Below are positions 37,063-46,703 of a stretch of 64,000 nt of DNA, piece by piece. The position numbers and the translations under genes are program-made. Numbering within the stretch: the first letter of the stretch is position 1; the number at the start of each line of letters is the position of its first letter. The notes under the pieces are model-generated. The model was not told where the DNA came from, ran no database searches, and saw nothing but the letters and a program-made list of their open reading frames with translations. The DNA comes from Trueperaceae bacterium. Its GTDB lineage: Bacteria > Deinococcota > Deinococci > Deinococcales > Trueperaceae. The DNA lies in assembly GCA_965215565.1 (NCBI GenBank), contig CBDCDZ010000004.1, positions 3,904,001 through 3,968,000 of the forward strand, given 5' to 3'.

Positions 37063-38058
37063 ATGTCGGACGCTTCACAAATTTCAAACCTGGCAGTCGT
37101 CGGCGCGGGCGCGTGGGGCACGACGCTGGCGGTGCTACTTGCTCAAATCAATCCAGAGCAGAAGATCACGCTCTGGGCGCGTCGCCCCGAGTTCGCTGAA
37201 CAACTCCGCAAAGCGCGTGAGAACCGCACTTACCTCCCGGGGTTGACGCTACCTGAAAACGTCTCCATTACCTCGGACTTACGAGAGGTTGGAGGCGCAC
37301 GAACGTTCATCGCCGTGCCGAGCAAAGGGCTCAGAGCGGTGATGGAAGCGTTGCCCGCTGTGCCCGCTCTCATCTGCTGCGCGAAAGGTTTGGAACTCGG
37401 CTCGTTCAAGCGGTTCTCTGAGGTGTTGGGCGAGTATCAGCCGGGCGCAGCCCTAGCCGCGCTCTCGGGTCCGAACTTGGCGAAAGAGATCGCGGCGGGG
37501 CTGCCTGCGTCGGCGACGGTGGCGTCAGAGGATGAGGGTTTAACGGAAGAGGTTCAGCGCCGGCTCTCAGGTCCTACCTTCCGCGTTTACACGAGCCGTG
37601 ACATTGTCGGCGTCGAGGTCAGCGGGGCGCTCAAAAACGTCATCGCATTGGCGGCGGGGATGTGCGACGGATTGGGGCTAGGCGACAACGCTAAAGCGAC
37701 GATCATTACGAGAGGTCTGGCTGAAATCGTGCGCTTAGGGACGCATATGGGCGGCGAGATGCAAACCTTTTACGGGCTGGCGGGTTTGGGTGACGTAGTG
37801 GCGACGTGTGGGGGCTCTGGCTCGCGCAACCACACCGCCGGGGAGCGCATCGCAAGAGGTGATACGCTCGCGGACTTAGAGCGCGATAAGCTCAACGCAG
37901 AAGGGCTTCCGACGGTTCGCGCGGTGGTGGCGTACGCCCAAAAAGAGGGGCTCGAGCTGCCCATCTCGCAAGAGGTCTACCGCGTCGTGTTCGAAGAGAA
38001 GTCGCCCCGGCAAGCGCTGCACGATCTGATGACGAGAGGCACGAAGGCGGAGTGGTGA
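37063..38058 (+). CDS. gpsA: NAD(P)H-dependent glycerol-3-phosphate dehydrogenase
   Basis: GAGAWGT; SGPNLAKE; GALKNVIALAAG; GLAGLGD; SRN. Confidence 0.95.
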   Translation: MSDASQISNLAVVGAGAWGTTLAVLLAQINPEQKITLWARRPEFAEQLRKARENRTYLPGLTLPENVSITSDLREVGGARTFIAVPSKGLRAVMEALPAVPALICCAKGLELGSFKRFSEVLGEYQPGAALAALSGPNLAKEIAAGLPASATVASEDEGLTEEVQRRLSGPTFRVYTSRDIVGVEVSGALKNVIALAAGMCDGLGLGDNAKATIITRGLAEIVRLGTHMGGEMQTFYGLAGLGDVVATCGGSGSRNHTAGERIARGDTLADLERDKLNAEGLPTVRAVVAYAQKEGLELPISQEVYRVVFEEKSPRQALHDLMTRGTKAEW

Positions 38059-38094
38059 ACGAGGTGCGTATGAGATAGCAAGGGACTGAGATAG

Positions 38095-38114
38095 CAAGGG
38101 GCTTGAGCCCCTTG
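38095..38114. repeat. REP-like palindrome
   Basis: CAAGGGGCT-TG-AGCCCCTTG between convergent gpsA and nth. Confidence 0.6.
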
Positions 38115-38170
38115 TTGGTTGGTGGAGGTGACGCTCCGCACGAGATGGACCTCATCTGCTCGAGAGGCGT

Positions 38171-38860
38171 TTACGCACGGTTCTCCGCGTACCATTCACA
38201 GATATCGGTGAGCGGACACTGTGCACACTTGGGCGCTTTCCACACGCATACCTGCTGACCGTGAAGGAGCAGCGCGATGTGGAAGTTGTAAAGGACATGT
38301 GGGTCTCTGGGCAAGAGCCCGGCAAGAGGTTTGTGCGCCGCCGTGGACGACTTGACCTTCTGCGAGATGAGCCCGACACGTTGGCTGACGCGGTACACGT
38401 GCGTGTCTACAGGAAGAATGGGTTTGCTGAAGCAAAAGAGCAAAACCAGCGCCGCCGTTTTGATGCCGACACCCGGCAGCGCGGTGAGCCAAGCTAAGCC
38501 GTCTTCCACGCTCGAGTCCTGCAAGAAGTCGATCTTCGCCTCGCCGCGCTCCTCTATAATCTGCGCGAGCGTCTTCTTGATCTGCGGCGCTTTGGTCTCG
38601 GGGTAGTTCGAGGGCGCGATGGCTTTGGCGAGGGCGCTTTCCGGCGCGTCCCTTATTCCCTCCCACGAGCCGAAGCGTTCCCACATCCGCTTGTACGCAA
38701 GCTCCTCGTTTGCCCACGTAGTGCGCTGTGACAAGATGGTCGAGATGAGTTCGTGCAGGGGGTCACGGCGCGGGGTGAGGTCACGTTCGCCGTAGGTTTC
38801 GACTAAGCGGGTGTAGACCTCTTTTGTTTTCGTGTCGCTGATGGTTTGCGCAGACTGCAT
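38171..38860 (-). CDS. nth: Endonuclease III family HhH-GPD DNA glycosylase with 4Fe-4S motif
   Basis: TILSQRT; LPGVGIKTA; PVDTHV; C-x6-C-x2-C-x5-C; ATG at 38860 preferred over the longer ORF. Confidence 0.88.
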   Translation of the reverse strand: MQSAQTISDTKTKEVYTRLVETYGERDLTPRRDPLHELISTILSQRTTWANEELAYKRMWERFGSWEGIRDAPESALAKAIAPSNYPETKAPQIKKTLAQIIEERGEAKIDFLQDSSVEDGLAWLTALPGVGIKTAALVLLFCFSKPILPVDTHVYRVSQRVGLISQKVKSSTAAHKPLAGLLPRDPHVLYNFHIALLLHGQQVCVWKAPKCAQCPLTDICEWYAENRA

Positions 38861-38915
38861 AAGGACAGCTTGCCGAGAAATATTCGTGGTGACAAGAGGT
38901 GGGGCTGCTTTTAAG

Positions 38916-38998
38916 GAGTTGAAAGCAATTAGCAACGAGTAATGAGTAAAAATCAAAGACTTTCAACTCATTGCTCATTGCTCGGAACTCATTGCTCA
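38916..38998. repeat. Inverted heptamer repeat element D3
   Basis: GAGTTGAAAG...AATGAG vs CTTTCAACTCATTGCTCATTGCTC...CTCATTGCTC. Confidence 0.65.
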
Positions 38999-39062
38999 AT
39001 CTATTCAGCGCAACGTGTCTCAAAGCCAAGCGGTGTAAGCTCAAACTCGAGAGGAGCTTTTT

Positions 39063-39425
39063 ATGATCGCAGTTGCTAACCGAATCTTTGTCAACCCCGA
39101 CTACGCCGAGGCGTTCGAGGCGCGTTTTCGTGACCGCGCCGGGCTCGTGGATGAGATGCCCGGTTTTATCTTCAACCAAGTTCTGCGCCCGAGCCAACCC
39201 GGAGACCCTTATGTGGTGATGACCTATTGGGAATCGCACGAACAATTCAAAGCCTGGACGGAGTCCGAAGCGTTTAGAGAGGGTCACGCTAAGAGTGGGT
39301 CACTCCCGAAAGAGGCGTTTGCGGGGCGCAATAAGTTGGAGATTCATCAAGTCATCCAAGATTCTCGCGAGCCAGATATGACGCCTGAGCCCCCTTTAGA
39401 ACTCAGCGAAAACGTCCACGGGTAG
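39063..39425 (+). CDS. Antibiotic biosynthesis monooxygenase family (IsdG/MhuD-like heme-degrading)
   Basis: VANRI.V......FE.RF..R...V..MPGF; WES...F.AWT.S..F..GH. Confidence 0.85.
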   Translation: MIAVANRIFVNPDYAEAFEARFRDRAGLVDEMPGFIFNQVLRPSQPGDPYVVMTYWESHEQFKAWTESEAFREGHAKSGSLPKEAFAGRNKLEIHQVIQDSREPDMTPEPPLELSENVHG

Positions 39426-39504
39426 GCTGGCTGAATTTGAAGACAAGTTCATAGTCTTTTGACCTCTTCGTGTCTTACTTTAGGGCGAGGAGGCAGATTA
39501 GATT

Positions 39505-39720
39505 ATGGCAGACCACCTGAGCAGTGACCCGCTAGAGAATCCGGCGGCCTCGAGGCAGTCCTACAAAGTCCACGAACTCGCCAAAGAACTCGACACGTCC
39601 GAGGAGCAAGTCAGAGTGTGGATACGCGAGGGCGACATCGAAGCGATGTCGGATGAAGAGCACGCCGGGTATCATGCGGACACCATCGAACAACTCCGCG
39701 CTTTTCAGAATAACGGCTAG
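39505..39720 (+). CDS. Small HTH protein (MerR/excisionase-like)
   Basis: RBS GAGGAGG; YKVHELAKELDTSEEQVRVWIREG. Confidence 0.65.
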   Translation: MADHLSSDPLENPAASRQSYKVHELAKELDTSEEQVRVWIREGDIEAMSDEEHAGYHADTIEQLRAFQNNG

Positions 39721-39888
39721 AGAGAATAGAGAGGGCGGTATAGCTTCGCATTCTTCTTTTGCTTTTGCAGAGCACTTCAGCATAGGTGAAGCACATAGTG
39801 CTTTGAGCTTCGCTCTAACCTATGTCAGCCAGTCAGCACTTCAGGTTTTCCTGATAAGCTGACTGGCTGATACGCTGACTAGCTTCTT

Positions 39889-40704
39889 CTACCTCTCCCA
39901 ATCCGGCCCACTCTGAGGGTCAACCAAGCGCTCTTCACGGCGCAAACCGTAAATTTGCTCCATCTCCTTATCTGACAGTTCAAAGTCGAAGATGTCGAAA
40001 TTCCCCTCGCGGTGCTCGGCGCTGCTCGCTTTGGGAATCGCGGCGACGTGGTCTTGTTGAACGAGCCACCTTAGCGTGACCTGCACGGGCGACTTGCCGT
40101 GCGCTTCGCCAATCTCTTTTAAGGTAGAGTCGCTTATGATATCGCCTTGTGCGATAGGGCTGTACGCCGTCAAGAGGTAGTCCAGGTTCTTTGCCTGCTC
40201 GATGAGTTTGTCTTGCGACAAGTACGGGTGATACTCCACCTGGTTTGCAAAAATCTTCGCATGTTGCTTGGCTTCTTCAACCAAAGAGGGCGTAAAGTTG
40301 CTGAGCCCCAAATGTCGCACGCTGCCCTCTTCGACGAACTGATTCAACGCGCCGAGCGTTTCGCCAATCGGTACGTCCGGGTTAGGCCAGTGCAAGAGCA
40401 AGAGGTCTACGTAGCCCGCATCAAGTTTCTCTAAACTCTCCCTCGTCGTGCTTACAGCCTTATCTTCTGTGAAGTTGTCCGGTCTCAGCTTTGTCACCAA
40501 AAAGATGTCCTCGCGGCTCACTCCTGCGCTCTTGAGCCCACGTCCAACCTCGGCCTCGTTGCTGTAACCCTGCGCCGTGTCGATGTGTCTATAGCCTAAA
40601 GAGAGCGCGTGTTCGACGCCCTTGACGCAGTCTTCACCCGAGAGTTTCCAGGTCCCGAAGCCCAGTGCAGGAACTTTTTGTCCTTGAATAGTTTCTAAAA
40701 TCAT
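39889..40704 (-). CDS. Aldo/keto reductase
   Basis: LGFGTW; GYRHIDTAQ.Y.NE; DLLLLHWP; GLSNF; NQVEYHP; AYSP; IPKAS. Confidence 0.93.
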   Translation of the reverse strand: MILETIQGQKVPALGFGTWKLSGEDCVKGVEHALSLGYRHIDTAQGYSNEAEVGRGLKSAGVSREDIFLVTKLRPDNFTEDKAVSTTRESLEKLDAGYVDLLLLHWPNPDVPIGETLGALNQFVEEGSVRHLGLSNFTPSLVEEAKQHAKIFANQVEYHPYLSQDKLIEQAKNLDYLLTAYSPIAQGDIISDSTLKEIGEAHGKSPVQVTLRWLVQQDHVAAIPKASSAEHREGNFDIFDFELSDKEMEQIYGLRREERLVDPQSGPDWER

Positions 40705-40959
40705 AGCCGCCTCCTATAGCAGGTTACTTCGTTTACGGAGTTTCCCTTTGGGAAAAGCTTCGCGCAATTATGCTGGTCAGAACCTATCTGAGAAGATGAA
40801 GCGTCGTCTATCACCTACAGAATGATGATGCCTGCGCCATCTCAGCTTGATGCTTCCGACAACCGCTATTTCCCAACCTAAACGTTGCTGAACAACTTGA
40901 CAGAAAGCTAAAATGCACTTTTGGAAACCTAAGAGGTCAAAATAGGTCATAATCCCCTC

Positions 40960-41742
40960 ATGGCAAATAAAAAAGCTGAAATTTTAGGTATCGACATCGG
41001 CGGCTCGGGCATCAAAGGGGCGACGGTGGACTTAGGGACGGGTGAACTCACCCGAGAGCGCTACCGCATTGAAACGCCGCAACCCTCCAAACCGGAGGCG
41101 GTGGCCGAAGTCGTGACAGACATCGTCAAGCATTTCGAGTGGGACGGTCCCATCGGCTGCACCTTTCCCGCTATCGTTAAAAATGGCGTCACCCTTTCGG
41201 CAGCAAACGTAGACGATGATTGGATAGGTACGGACGCCGCCGCACTGTTTCAAGAGGCGACGGGTTGCCCGGTGAGCCTCCTCAACGACGCGGACGCCGC
41301 TGGCGTGGCGGAGATGACCTTCGGCGCGGGCAAGGGCAAAGAGGGTGTCGTCTTCACCCTGACCTTCGGCACGGGCATCGGCAGTGGGATGTTCATCGAC
41401 GGTAAGCTCATCCCGAACACCGAACTCGGGCACATGGCGCTTAAAGAGCACGAGGACGCCGAGAAGTGGGCGGCGAGCAGCGTGCGCAAAGCCGAGGATT
41501 TAAGCTGGAAGAAGTGGGGCAAGCGCGTGAACGTGTACTTGCAGAAGCTCGAGGCGCTATTCTCCCCCGACTTGTTCATTATCGGCGGCGGCGTCAGCAA
41601 AAAGAGCGAGAAGTTCTTTGAGTTTTTAGAACTCAATACGCCTTTTGTACCTGCGGAGTTGCGTAATGAAGCGGGGATTGTGGGAGCGGCGATTGTTGCC
41701 TCGAGAGAGGTAGAAGTGGCGTCTCGAGTGGCGACCTCTTAG
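40960..41742 (+). CDS. ppgK: Polyphosphate glucokinase (ROK family)
   Basis: [47 protein letters not shown]. Confidence 0.9.
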   Translation: MANKKAEILGIDIGGSGIKGATVDLGTGELTRERYRIETPQPSKPEAVAEVVTDIVKHFEWDGPIGCTFPAIVKNGVTLSAANVDDDWIGTDAAALFQEATGCPVSLLNDADAAGVAEMTFGAGKGKEGVVFTLTFGTGIGSGMFIDGKLIPNTELGHMALKEHEDAEKWAASSVRKAEDLSWKKWGKRVNVYLQKLEALFSPDLFIIGGGVSKKSEKFFEFLELNTPFVPAELRNEAGIVGAAIVASREVEVASRVATS

Positions 41743-41830
41743 CTATTAGTCTTTCAGTTTTGCTAATTGCCAAGAGCTAATGGCTAACAGCTTTCAATTC
41801 ATTCTCAGCGCCTAACGCTATAATCAACTT

Positions 41831-42217
41831 ATGCCAACAGTCACCGTCAACGGGCAGAGCAAAGAGGTCGAAGCAGATAAGCGCCTTACCTTAGCTATCA
41901 AAGAACTCGGCGTCAATATCGGACACCGCTGTGGTGGTCAGGCGAGATGTACGACTTGCCGCGTCGAGTTCGTCTCAGGCGAACCTAATGAGATGACCCG
42001 CGCAGAATTTCTCAAACTCGGGCTTGGGACGCTCGGACAAGAGCCCCCGACCTACCGCTTGTCGTGTCAAATCAAATGCTCGCAGGACATGGTGGTTGAG
42101 GCGGTCATGACTTTAGAGAATCAAGACTGGAGTAATACCGGACCCGAACTCGCCGAAGAGGTGGAGCCGGAGCCGATATGGTTTACGAAAGAGGAGTTGA
42201 TGCAGACAGCGGAATAA
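41831..42217 (+). CDS. 2Fe-2S ferredoxin
   Basis: HRCGGQARCTTC...RLSCQ. Confidence 0.88.
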   Translation: MPTVTVNGQSKEVEADKRLTLAIKELGVNIGHRCGGQARCTTCRVEFVSGEPNEMTRAEFLKLGLGTLGQEPPTYRLSCQIKCSQDMVVEAVMTLENQDWSNTGPELAEEVEPEPIWFTKEELMQTAE

Positions 42218-42252
42218 TTGCGTCGGCTCTCGAAAGCACGTATTCTAGTTCT

Positions 42253-42498
42253 ATGACTGTAGAACTGACTCGAGAGCAGGAGCAACTCATCAAAGGGCTG
42301 ATTGAAAGTGGGCGCTACGAAGATGATAGCGCCGTGCTCAGCCAGTCTTTGAAGCTGATTCAGGAATACGAGAGCAGACTCTCTTACCTCCGCGCCGAAA
42401 TTCAGAAAGGTGAAGACAGCGGCGACTATAAACCACTCGACGTGGATAGCATACTCATGAAGGCGAGAGAGCAGCACGAACAGCGCAAGCTAAAGTAG
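42253..42498 (+). CDS. parD: ParD-family antitoxin
   Basis: MTVELT.EQE..I...IESGRY...SAV; LRAEIQKG..SG; overlaps the toxin start. Confidence 0.85.
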   Translation: MTVELTREQEQLIKGLIESGRYEDDSAVLSQSLKLIQEYESRLSYLRAEIQKGEDSGDYKPLDVDSILMKAREQHEQRKLK

Positions 42499-42794
42499 TG
42501 CCGCGCGTTATTCTCCGCCCAGCGGCAGAGGTTGACCTCTTGCTGATTTGGGACTTCATCGCACAAGACAGTAGCGCTGCCGCTGACAACTACATCAAAT
42601 GGCTCACCGAAAAGCTGGAAGTGCTGGCGACGCAGCCCCACATGGGAAGAGCCCGCAACGAGCTAAAGCCTAACCTGCGCAGCTTTGCAGTCGGTAATCA
42701 CCTTGCGTTTTACTATCCGCTCGAGGACGGCGTAGCGGTTGAGCGCGTTCTGGATGGGCGGCAAGACATTCATGCAGTTTTTAGTGACGAATAG
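42498..42794 (+). CDS. parE: RelE/ParE family toxin
   Basis: P.AE.DL..IWDFIA.DS..AAD; P.MGR.R.EL...LRSF; RVL.GRQD. Confidence 0.88.
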   Translation: MPRVILRPAAEVDLLLIWDFIAQDSSAAADNYIKWLTEKLEVLATQPHMGRARNELKPNLRSFAVGNHLAFYYPLEDGVAVERVLDGRQDIHAVFSDE

Positions 42795-42985
42795 CGGTCT
42801 GCTCGAGTCTCATAAACTCATCCAGCTCTGCTCGCTCAACCTCGCTGATGACGTTCTCGCGCTCTTTCTCGAGCAGCAATTCAACGCGCTCCTGCTCGGT
42901 GTCGGAAAGGTGGTAACAACCTCTTGGGGTGAAGGATTGGTTTTGAAAAAGGTGATGAGGGCGTCGTGTACTAAGACGCTGTTCA
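42781..42985 (-). pseudogene. Frameshifted remnant of a small helical (antitoxin-like) protein
   Basis: SVLVHDALITFFKTNPSPQEVV in one frame, then YHLSDTEQERVELLLEKERE...ELDEFMRLE in another. Confidence 0.45.
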
Positions 42986-43127
42986 GCCGTTGAAGTAGTA
43001 AGGCTCGAGACTAGTATAGACTTAGCTGTCAGTGCGAACGATAGTGCTAATTGATTGTAAGAGAATCTACGCCTTCTACCGCAACTGTGAATAGTTGATA
43101 TAGTTGAATCTCTCACTAGGAGGTTTT

Positions 43128-43760
43128 ATGTTGGAACCAACCTTGCTTTGGTCGTTCATTGCGGTTTGCGCTGTAACGCTTATGGTACCTGGTCCTGATA
43201 TGCTACTCGTGTTGAGTAGCACGTTCGCGAATCAACGGCGTGGGGGTATCATCACTTCCTTTGGCGTTTGTAGCGGGTATCTCGTTCACATCGTTGCAGC
43301 CGTGCTGGGATTTACCGCAATTATTCTGGCTTCTGCCACTTTGTTCTCTCTCGTTAAGTTTATAGGAGCGGGATATCTCATCTATCTGGGGTTTCGTGCT
43401 TGGCATAGTAATAGTGCGCTCTTTCTTGATAGAGGTGAGCAAGATACATCGCTCAACCTATTTACTCAAGGCTTTCTTGGAAACGCGCTCAACCCAAAAG
43501 CTATCTTGTTCTTTATGGCGCTTATACCTCAATTCGTCAGCCCGAGTCTAGGCAATATAGCTCTACAAGTCGTTATCCTTGGGGTTGTTGATATAGGTAT
43601 AAGCCTTATCTGGTATATCAGCCTCGTGTTGTTGGCTAATCGAATCAGGTTGGTCCTTACTAGCCGTCCCAAAGTCGTTGCGTGGATAGATAGGGCGATG
43701 GGTAGCCTACTCGTCATTATTGGTGTGCGTCTTCTATTTACAAAACGTCCTGCCACTTAA
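43128..43760 (+). CDS. LysE/RhtB family translocator (low GC)
   Basis: PGPD; KFIGAGYLIYLG; F.QGFL.NALNPK..LFF...PQF; RBS AGGAGG. Confidence 0.92.
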   Translation: MLEPTLLWSFIAVCAVTLMVPGPDMLLVLSSTFANQRRGGIITSFGVCSGYLVHIVAAVLGFTAIILASATLFSLVKFIGAGYLIYLGFRAWHSNSALFLDRGEQDTSLNLFTQGFLGNALNPKAILFFMALIPQFVSPSLGNIALQVVILGVVDIGISLIWYISLVLLANRIRLVLTSRPKVVAWIDRAMGSLLVIIGVRLLFTKRPAT

Positions 43761-43783
43761 ACCTCACCAGGTACGATACCCTC

Positions 43784-45484
43784 ATGCCCACCCCCCGCTT
43801 CGACACGTACTACCGCTATGACGAGTTCTCGAGCCTCCTCCACGCCTACGCTGACGAATATCCAAACCTCGTCCAAATAGAGAGCATCGGCAAGAGCTAC
43901 GAAGGGCGCGACGTGTGGCTCCTCACCCTCACGAATATAGAAACAGGTGAAGCCCTCGAAAAACCCGCACTATGGATAGACGGCAACATCCACGCAACGG
44001 AAGTATCCCCTTCGATGGCGTGTCTCTACCTCTTGCACACGCTCACGAATGGCTACGGTAATGACGCCGACATCACCCGCTGCTTGGACACCCGCACCCT
44101 CTACCTCTGCCCCCGCGTCAACCCCGACGGCGCAGAGTGGGCGCTCGCCGATAAGCCCAAAATCATCCGCTCCTCTACGCGCCCGTATCCTTACGACGAG
44201 GACGCGCTGAGCGGTTTGGTGCGTGAGGACGTGGACGGCGACGGGCGGATGCTGATGATGCGTTTTCCTGACGAGAACGGACCCTGGAAAGTTTCAGAGC
44301 ACGATTCGCGCCTCTTGGTGCGCCGCGAGCCAGCGGAGACGGGTGGGACGTACTACCGCGTGCTGCCCGAAGGTACGTTGGAGAACTACGACGGCGTTTC
44401 GCTCGAGCTGAAGTCCGTCAAAGAGGGCTTAGACCTCAACCGCAACTTCCCCTCGGAATGGCGGCAGGAGGGCAAGCAAAAGGGCGCGGGGCTCTATCCA
44501 ACCTCGGAGCCGGAGGTGCGCAACGTGGTGGATTTCGTCGCGAAGCACCCCAACATCACGGGCGGCATCAGCTTTCACACGCACGGTGGCGTTTTGCTGC
44601 GCCCCTCGTCGCATCAACCCAACGAGGCGATGCCCGCCGAAGACCTCTGGACCTTCAAAAAGATAGGGCAAAAGGGCACCGAGCTGACGGGCTACCCGAA
44701 CGTTTCGGTCTACCACGACTTTCGCTATCACCCTAAAGAAGTCATGACGGGCGCGTTTGACGACTGGCTGTTCGACCACTTGGGCGTGTTCGGCTGGACG
44801 GTGGAGATATGGAGCCCGCAGGTGGAGGCGGGCATCGAGGGGCGCAAGTTCATCGAGTGGTACCGCGAGCATCCGGTAGAGGATGACCTCAAGCTTTTGA
44901 AGTGGAGTGACGAGGTCTTAGAGGGCAAAGGGTATGTAGAGTGGTACACATATGAGCATCCGCAACTCGGTGAAGTCGAACTCGGTGGGTGGAACATGCT
45001 CTACGCATTCAGAAATCCGCCGCCGCACCTCTTAGAGAAAGAACTCGAGCGCTTTCCCCAATGGGTCGTCTGGCACCTCCTGATTTCACCTAAGTTGGAG
45101 CTTTTAGGTGCAACGAGCGAACCGCTTGGGAATGACCACTACCGCATCAAACTCAACGTTCACAATACGGGTTGGCTACCGACGTACGTCACGAAGAAGG
45201 CGTTGGAAAATAAAGTCGTGCGCGGCGTCGTAGCGGAGATTGAGCTACCCGAGGGCGCAAACCTCATCTTCGGTAAAGCTCGAGAAGAAAGAGGTCAGCT
45301 AGAAGGACGCGCTTACAAACCTTCTGTGCCCCATCCCTTTTTCAGCGCGGACGAGACGAATGAGCGGATGGGGCTCGAGTGGGTCATCTATGCGCCGAAC
45401 GGGGGAGGGGTGAAGTTGACGGCGCGGCATGAAAGAGCGGGGGTGGTGAGGACAAAGGTAAAAGTTGAAAGAGAAAAGGACTGA
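43784..45484 (+). CDS. M14 family zinc carboxypeptidase
   Basis: GKSYEGR; GNIHATE; NPDG; DLNRNF; SEPE; SFHT. Confidence 0.9.
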   Translation: MPTPRFDTYYRYDEFSSLLHAYADEYPNLVQIESIGKSYEGRDVWLLTLTNIETGEALEKPALWIDGNIHATEVSPSMACLYLLHTLTNGYGNDADITRCLDTRTLYLCPRVNPDGAEWALADKPKIIRSSTRPYPYDEDALSGLVREDVDGDGRMLMMRFPDENGPWKVSEHDSRLLVRREPAETGGTYYRVLPEGTLENYDGVSLELKSVKEGLDLNRNFPSEWRQEGKQKGAGLYPTSEPEVRNVVDFVAKHPNITGGISFHTHGGVLLRPSSHQPNEAMPAEDLWTFKKIGQKGTELTGYPNVSVYHDFRYHPKEVMTGAFDDWLFDHLGVFGWTVEIWSPQVEAGIEGRKFIEWYREHPVEDDLKLLKWSDEVLEGKGYVEWYTYEHPQLGEVELGGWNMLYAFRNPPPHLLEKELERFPQWVVWHLLISPKLELLGATSEPLGNDHYRIKLNVHNTGWLPTYVTKKALENKVVRGVVAEIELPEGANLIFGKAREERGQLEGRAYKPSVPHPFFSADETNERMGLEWVIYAPNGGGVKLTARHERAGVVRTKVKVEREKD

Positions 45485-45564
45485 GGTTAAAGACTTTCCT
45501 CTCAGTCCTTTAACCTTTTCTCTCATTACGTCTTTCCGCTCCATCTCTCCGTATGATAACAACC

Positions 45565-45915
45565 ATGAACGTAAACCGCGAAGCTAACATCCGCCTGCGC
45601 GTGCGCCGCGACGACGAAGACAACATCGAAACGATTGACTGGCAAGCTACGGACGCGCCCACGAACGGCAAGCAGAGCGCCAACGCGATGATTTTGGCGC
45701 TCTGGGACCCCGAGGAGCGCAACTCGCTCCGCATCGACCTGTGGACGAAAGCGATGACCGTGGAGGATATGAACGACTTCTTCTTTCAGACCCTTTTGAC
45801 GATGGCGGATACGTACAAAAACGCGACGAACAACTTGGAAATCATGGCGGACATCAAGACGTTCGCGCGCGAGTTTGCGGAGAAAGCGGCGCAGAAAGAG
45901 CAGCGAGGCGTTTGA
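45565..45915 (+). CDS. gldC: GldC-like protein
   Basis: I.W.ATD...AM.L.LWD.....LRIDLWTK.M.V..M..FF.QTL..MADTY..AT; TATGAT 7 nt before ATG 45565. Confidence 0.8.
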   Translation: MNVNREANIRLRVRRDDEDNIETIDWQATDAPTNGKQSANAMILALWDPEERNSLRIDLWTKAMTVEDMNDFFFQTLLTMADTYKNATNNLEIMADIKTFAREFAEKAAQKEQRGV

Positions 45916-46694
45916 GAGTCTCAATTTTAGGTTGCGGCTGGGTGGGCTTGCCCCTCGGGGCGGCGTTAGCAGTGAAAGGTCATGAGGTGAGAGGGTCTAA
46001 AACCTCCCCGGAGAGGCTAGGCGATTTGAAGGACGCAGGGATTGAGCCTCACCTTGCTAAGCTCGAGCCGGAATTCGTGGGTAATAAGGCGTGGCTCGAG
46101 ACGGACGTGCTCGTCCTCACCTTGCCCCCCGAACGCCGCGACGACATCGAGACGCACTATCCCGCGCAAATTCAGAATGCTTTAGAGGTTGCCAACGCTG
46201 AGCACGTTATCTTTACCAGTTCAACCTCGGTCTATCCGAATTTGAACCGCGTCGTGACCGAAGAGGACGCGAAAGACCCTGATAAGAGGTCCGGGCGCGC
46301 AGTTTTGGCAGCGGAAGAGGTCTTGCAAGGCCATCCCAACGCGACGATTCTTCGTCTTGCCGGGCTCTACGGCTACGGGCGGCAGCCTGGGCGGAGGTTG
46401 GCGGGCGAAGAGGTCACAGGGGGAGATGCGAGTGTCAACCTCGTGCACCGCGATGATGTCGTTTCGGTCTTGGTCAAAGTGATTGAAGAGAATATTCGAG
46501 GGGTTTTCAACGTCTGCGCCGACACGCATCCGTCCCGCAAAGAGGTCTATACCGCGCAAGCTGAGCGGTTGGGCTTCGAACCGCCGCGTTTTGTGGAGCC
46601 GCACAAGGTGGACTACAAAGAGGTCAGCAGTGAGAAGCTGAAGGGTTTAGGGTATGCGTTTCAACATAGAGACCCGCTCGAGCCTGCTCCCTAA
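45912..46694 (+). CDS. Extended SDR / NAD-dependent epimerase (YeeZ-like)
   Basis: TTG start overlaps the gldC stop; ILGCGWVG; FTSSTSVY; ILRLAGLYG; VNLVHRDD. Confidence 0.85.
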   Translation: MRVSILGCGWVGLPLGAALAVKGHEVRGSKTSPERLGDLKDAGIEPHLAKLEPEFVGNKAWLETDVLVLTLPPERRDDIETHYPAQIQNALEVANAEHVIFTSSTSVYPNLNRVVTEEDAKDPDKRSGRAVLAAEEVLQGHPNATILRLAGLYGYGRQPGRRLAGEEVTGGDASVNLVHRDDVVSVLVKVIEENIRGVFNVCADTHPSRKEVYTAQAERLGFEPPRFVEPHKVDYKEVSSEKLKGLGYAFQHRDPLEPAP

Positions 46695-46703
46695 ACCGTA
46701 GAC

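Noticed and set aside
38861..38956. N-terminal extension of nth
   Set aside because: Runs through heptamer repeat D3; ATG 38860 is more plausible
39505..39720. Excisionase marking a prophage or ICE
   Set aside because: No integrase, att site or phage genes nearby
45741..45911. N-terminal extension of the SDR ORF
   Set aside because: Overlaps gldC in another frame; the Rossmann motif begins right after TTG 45912
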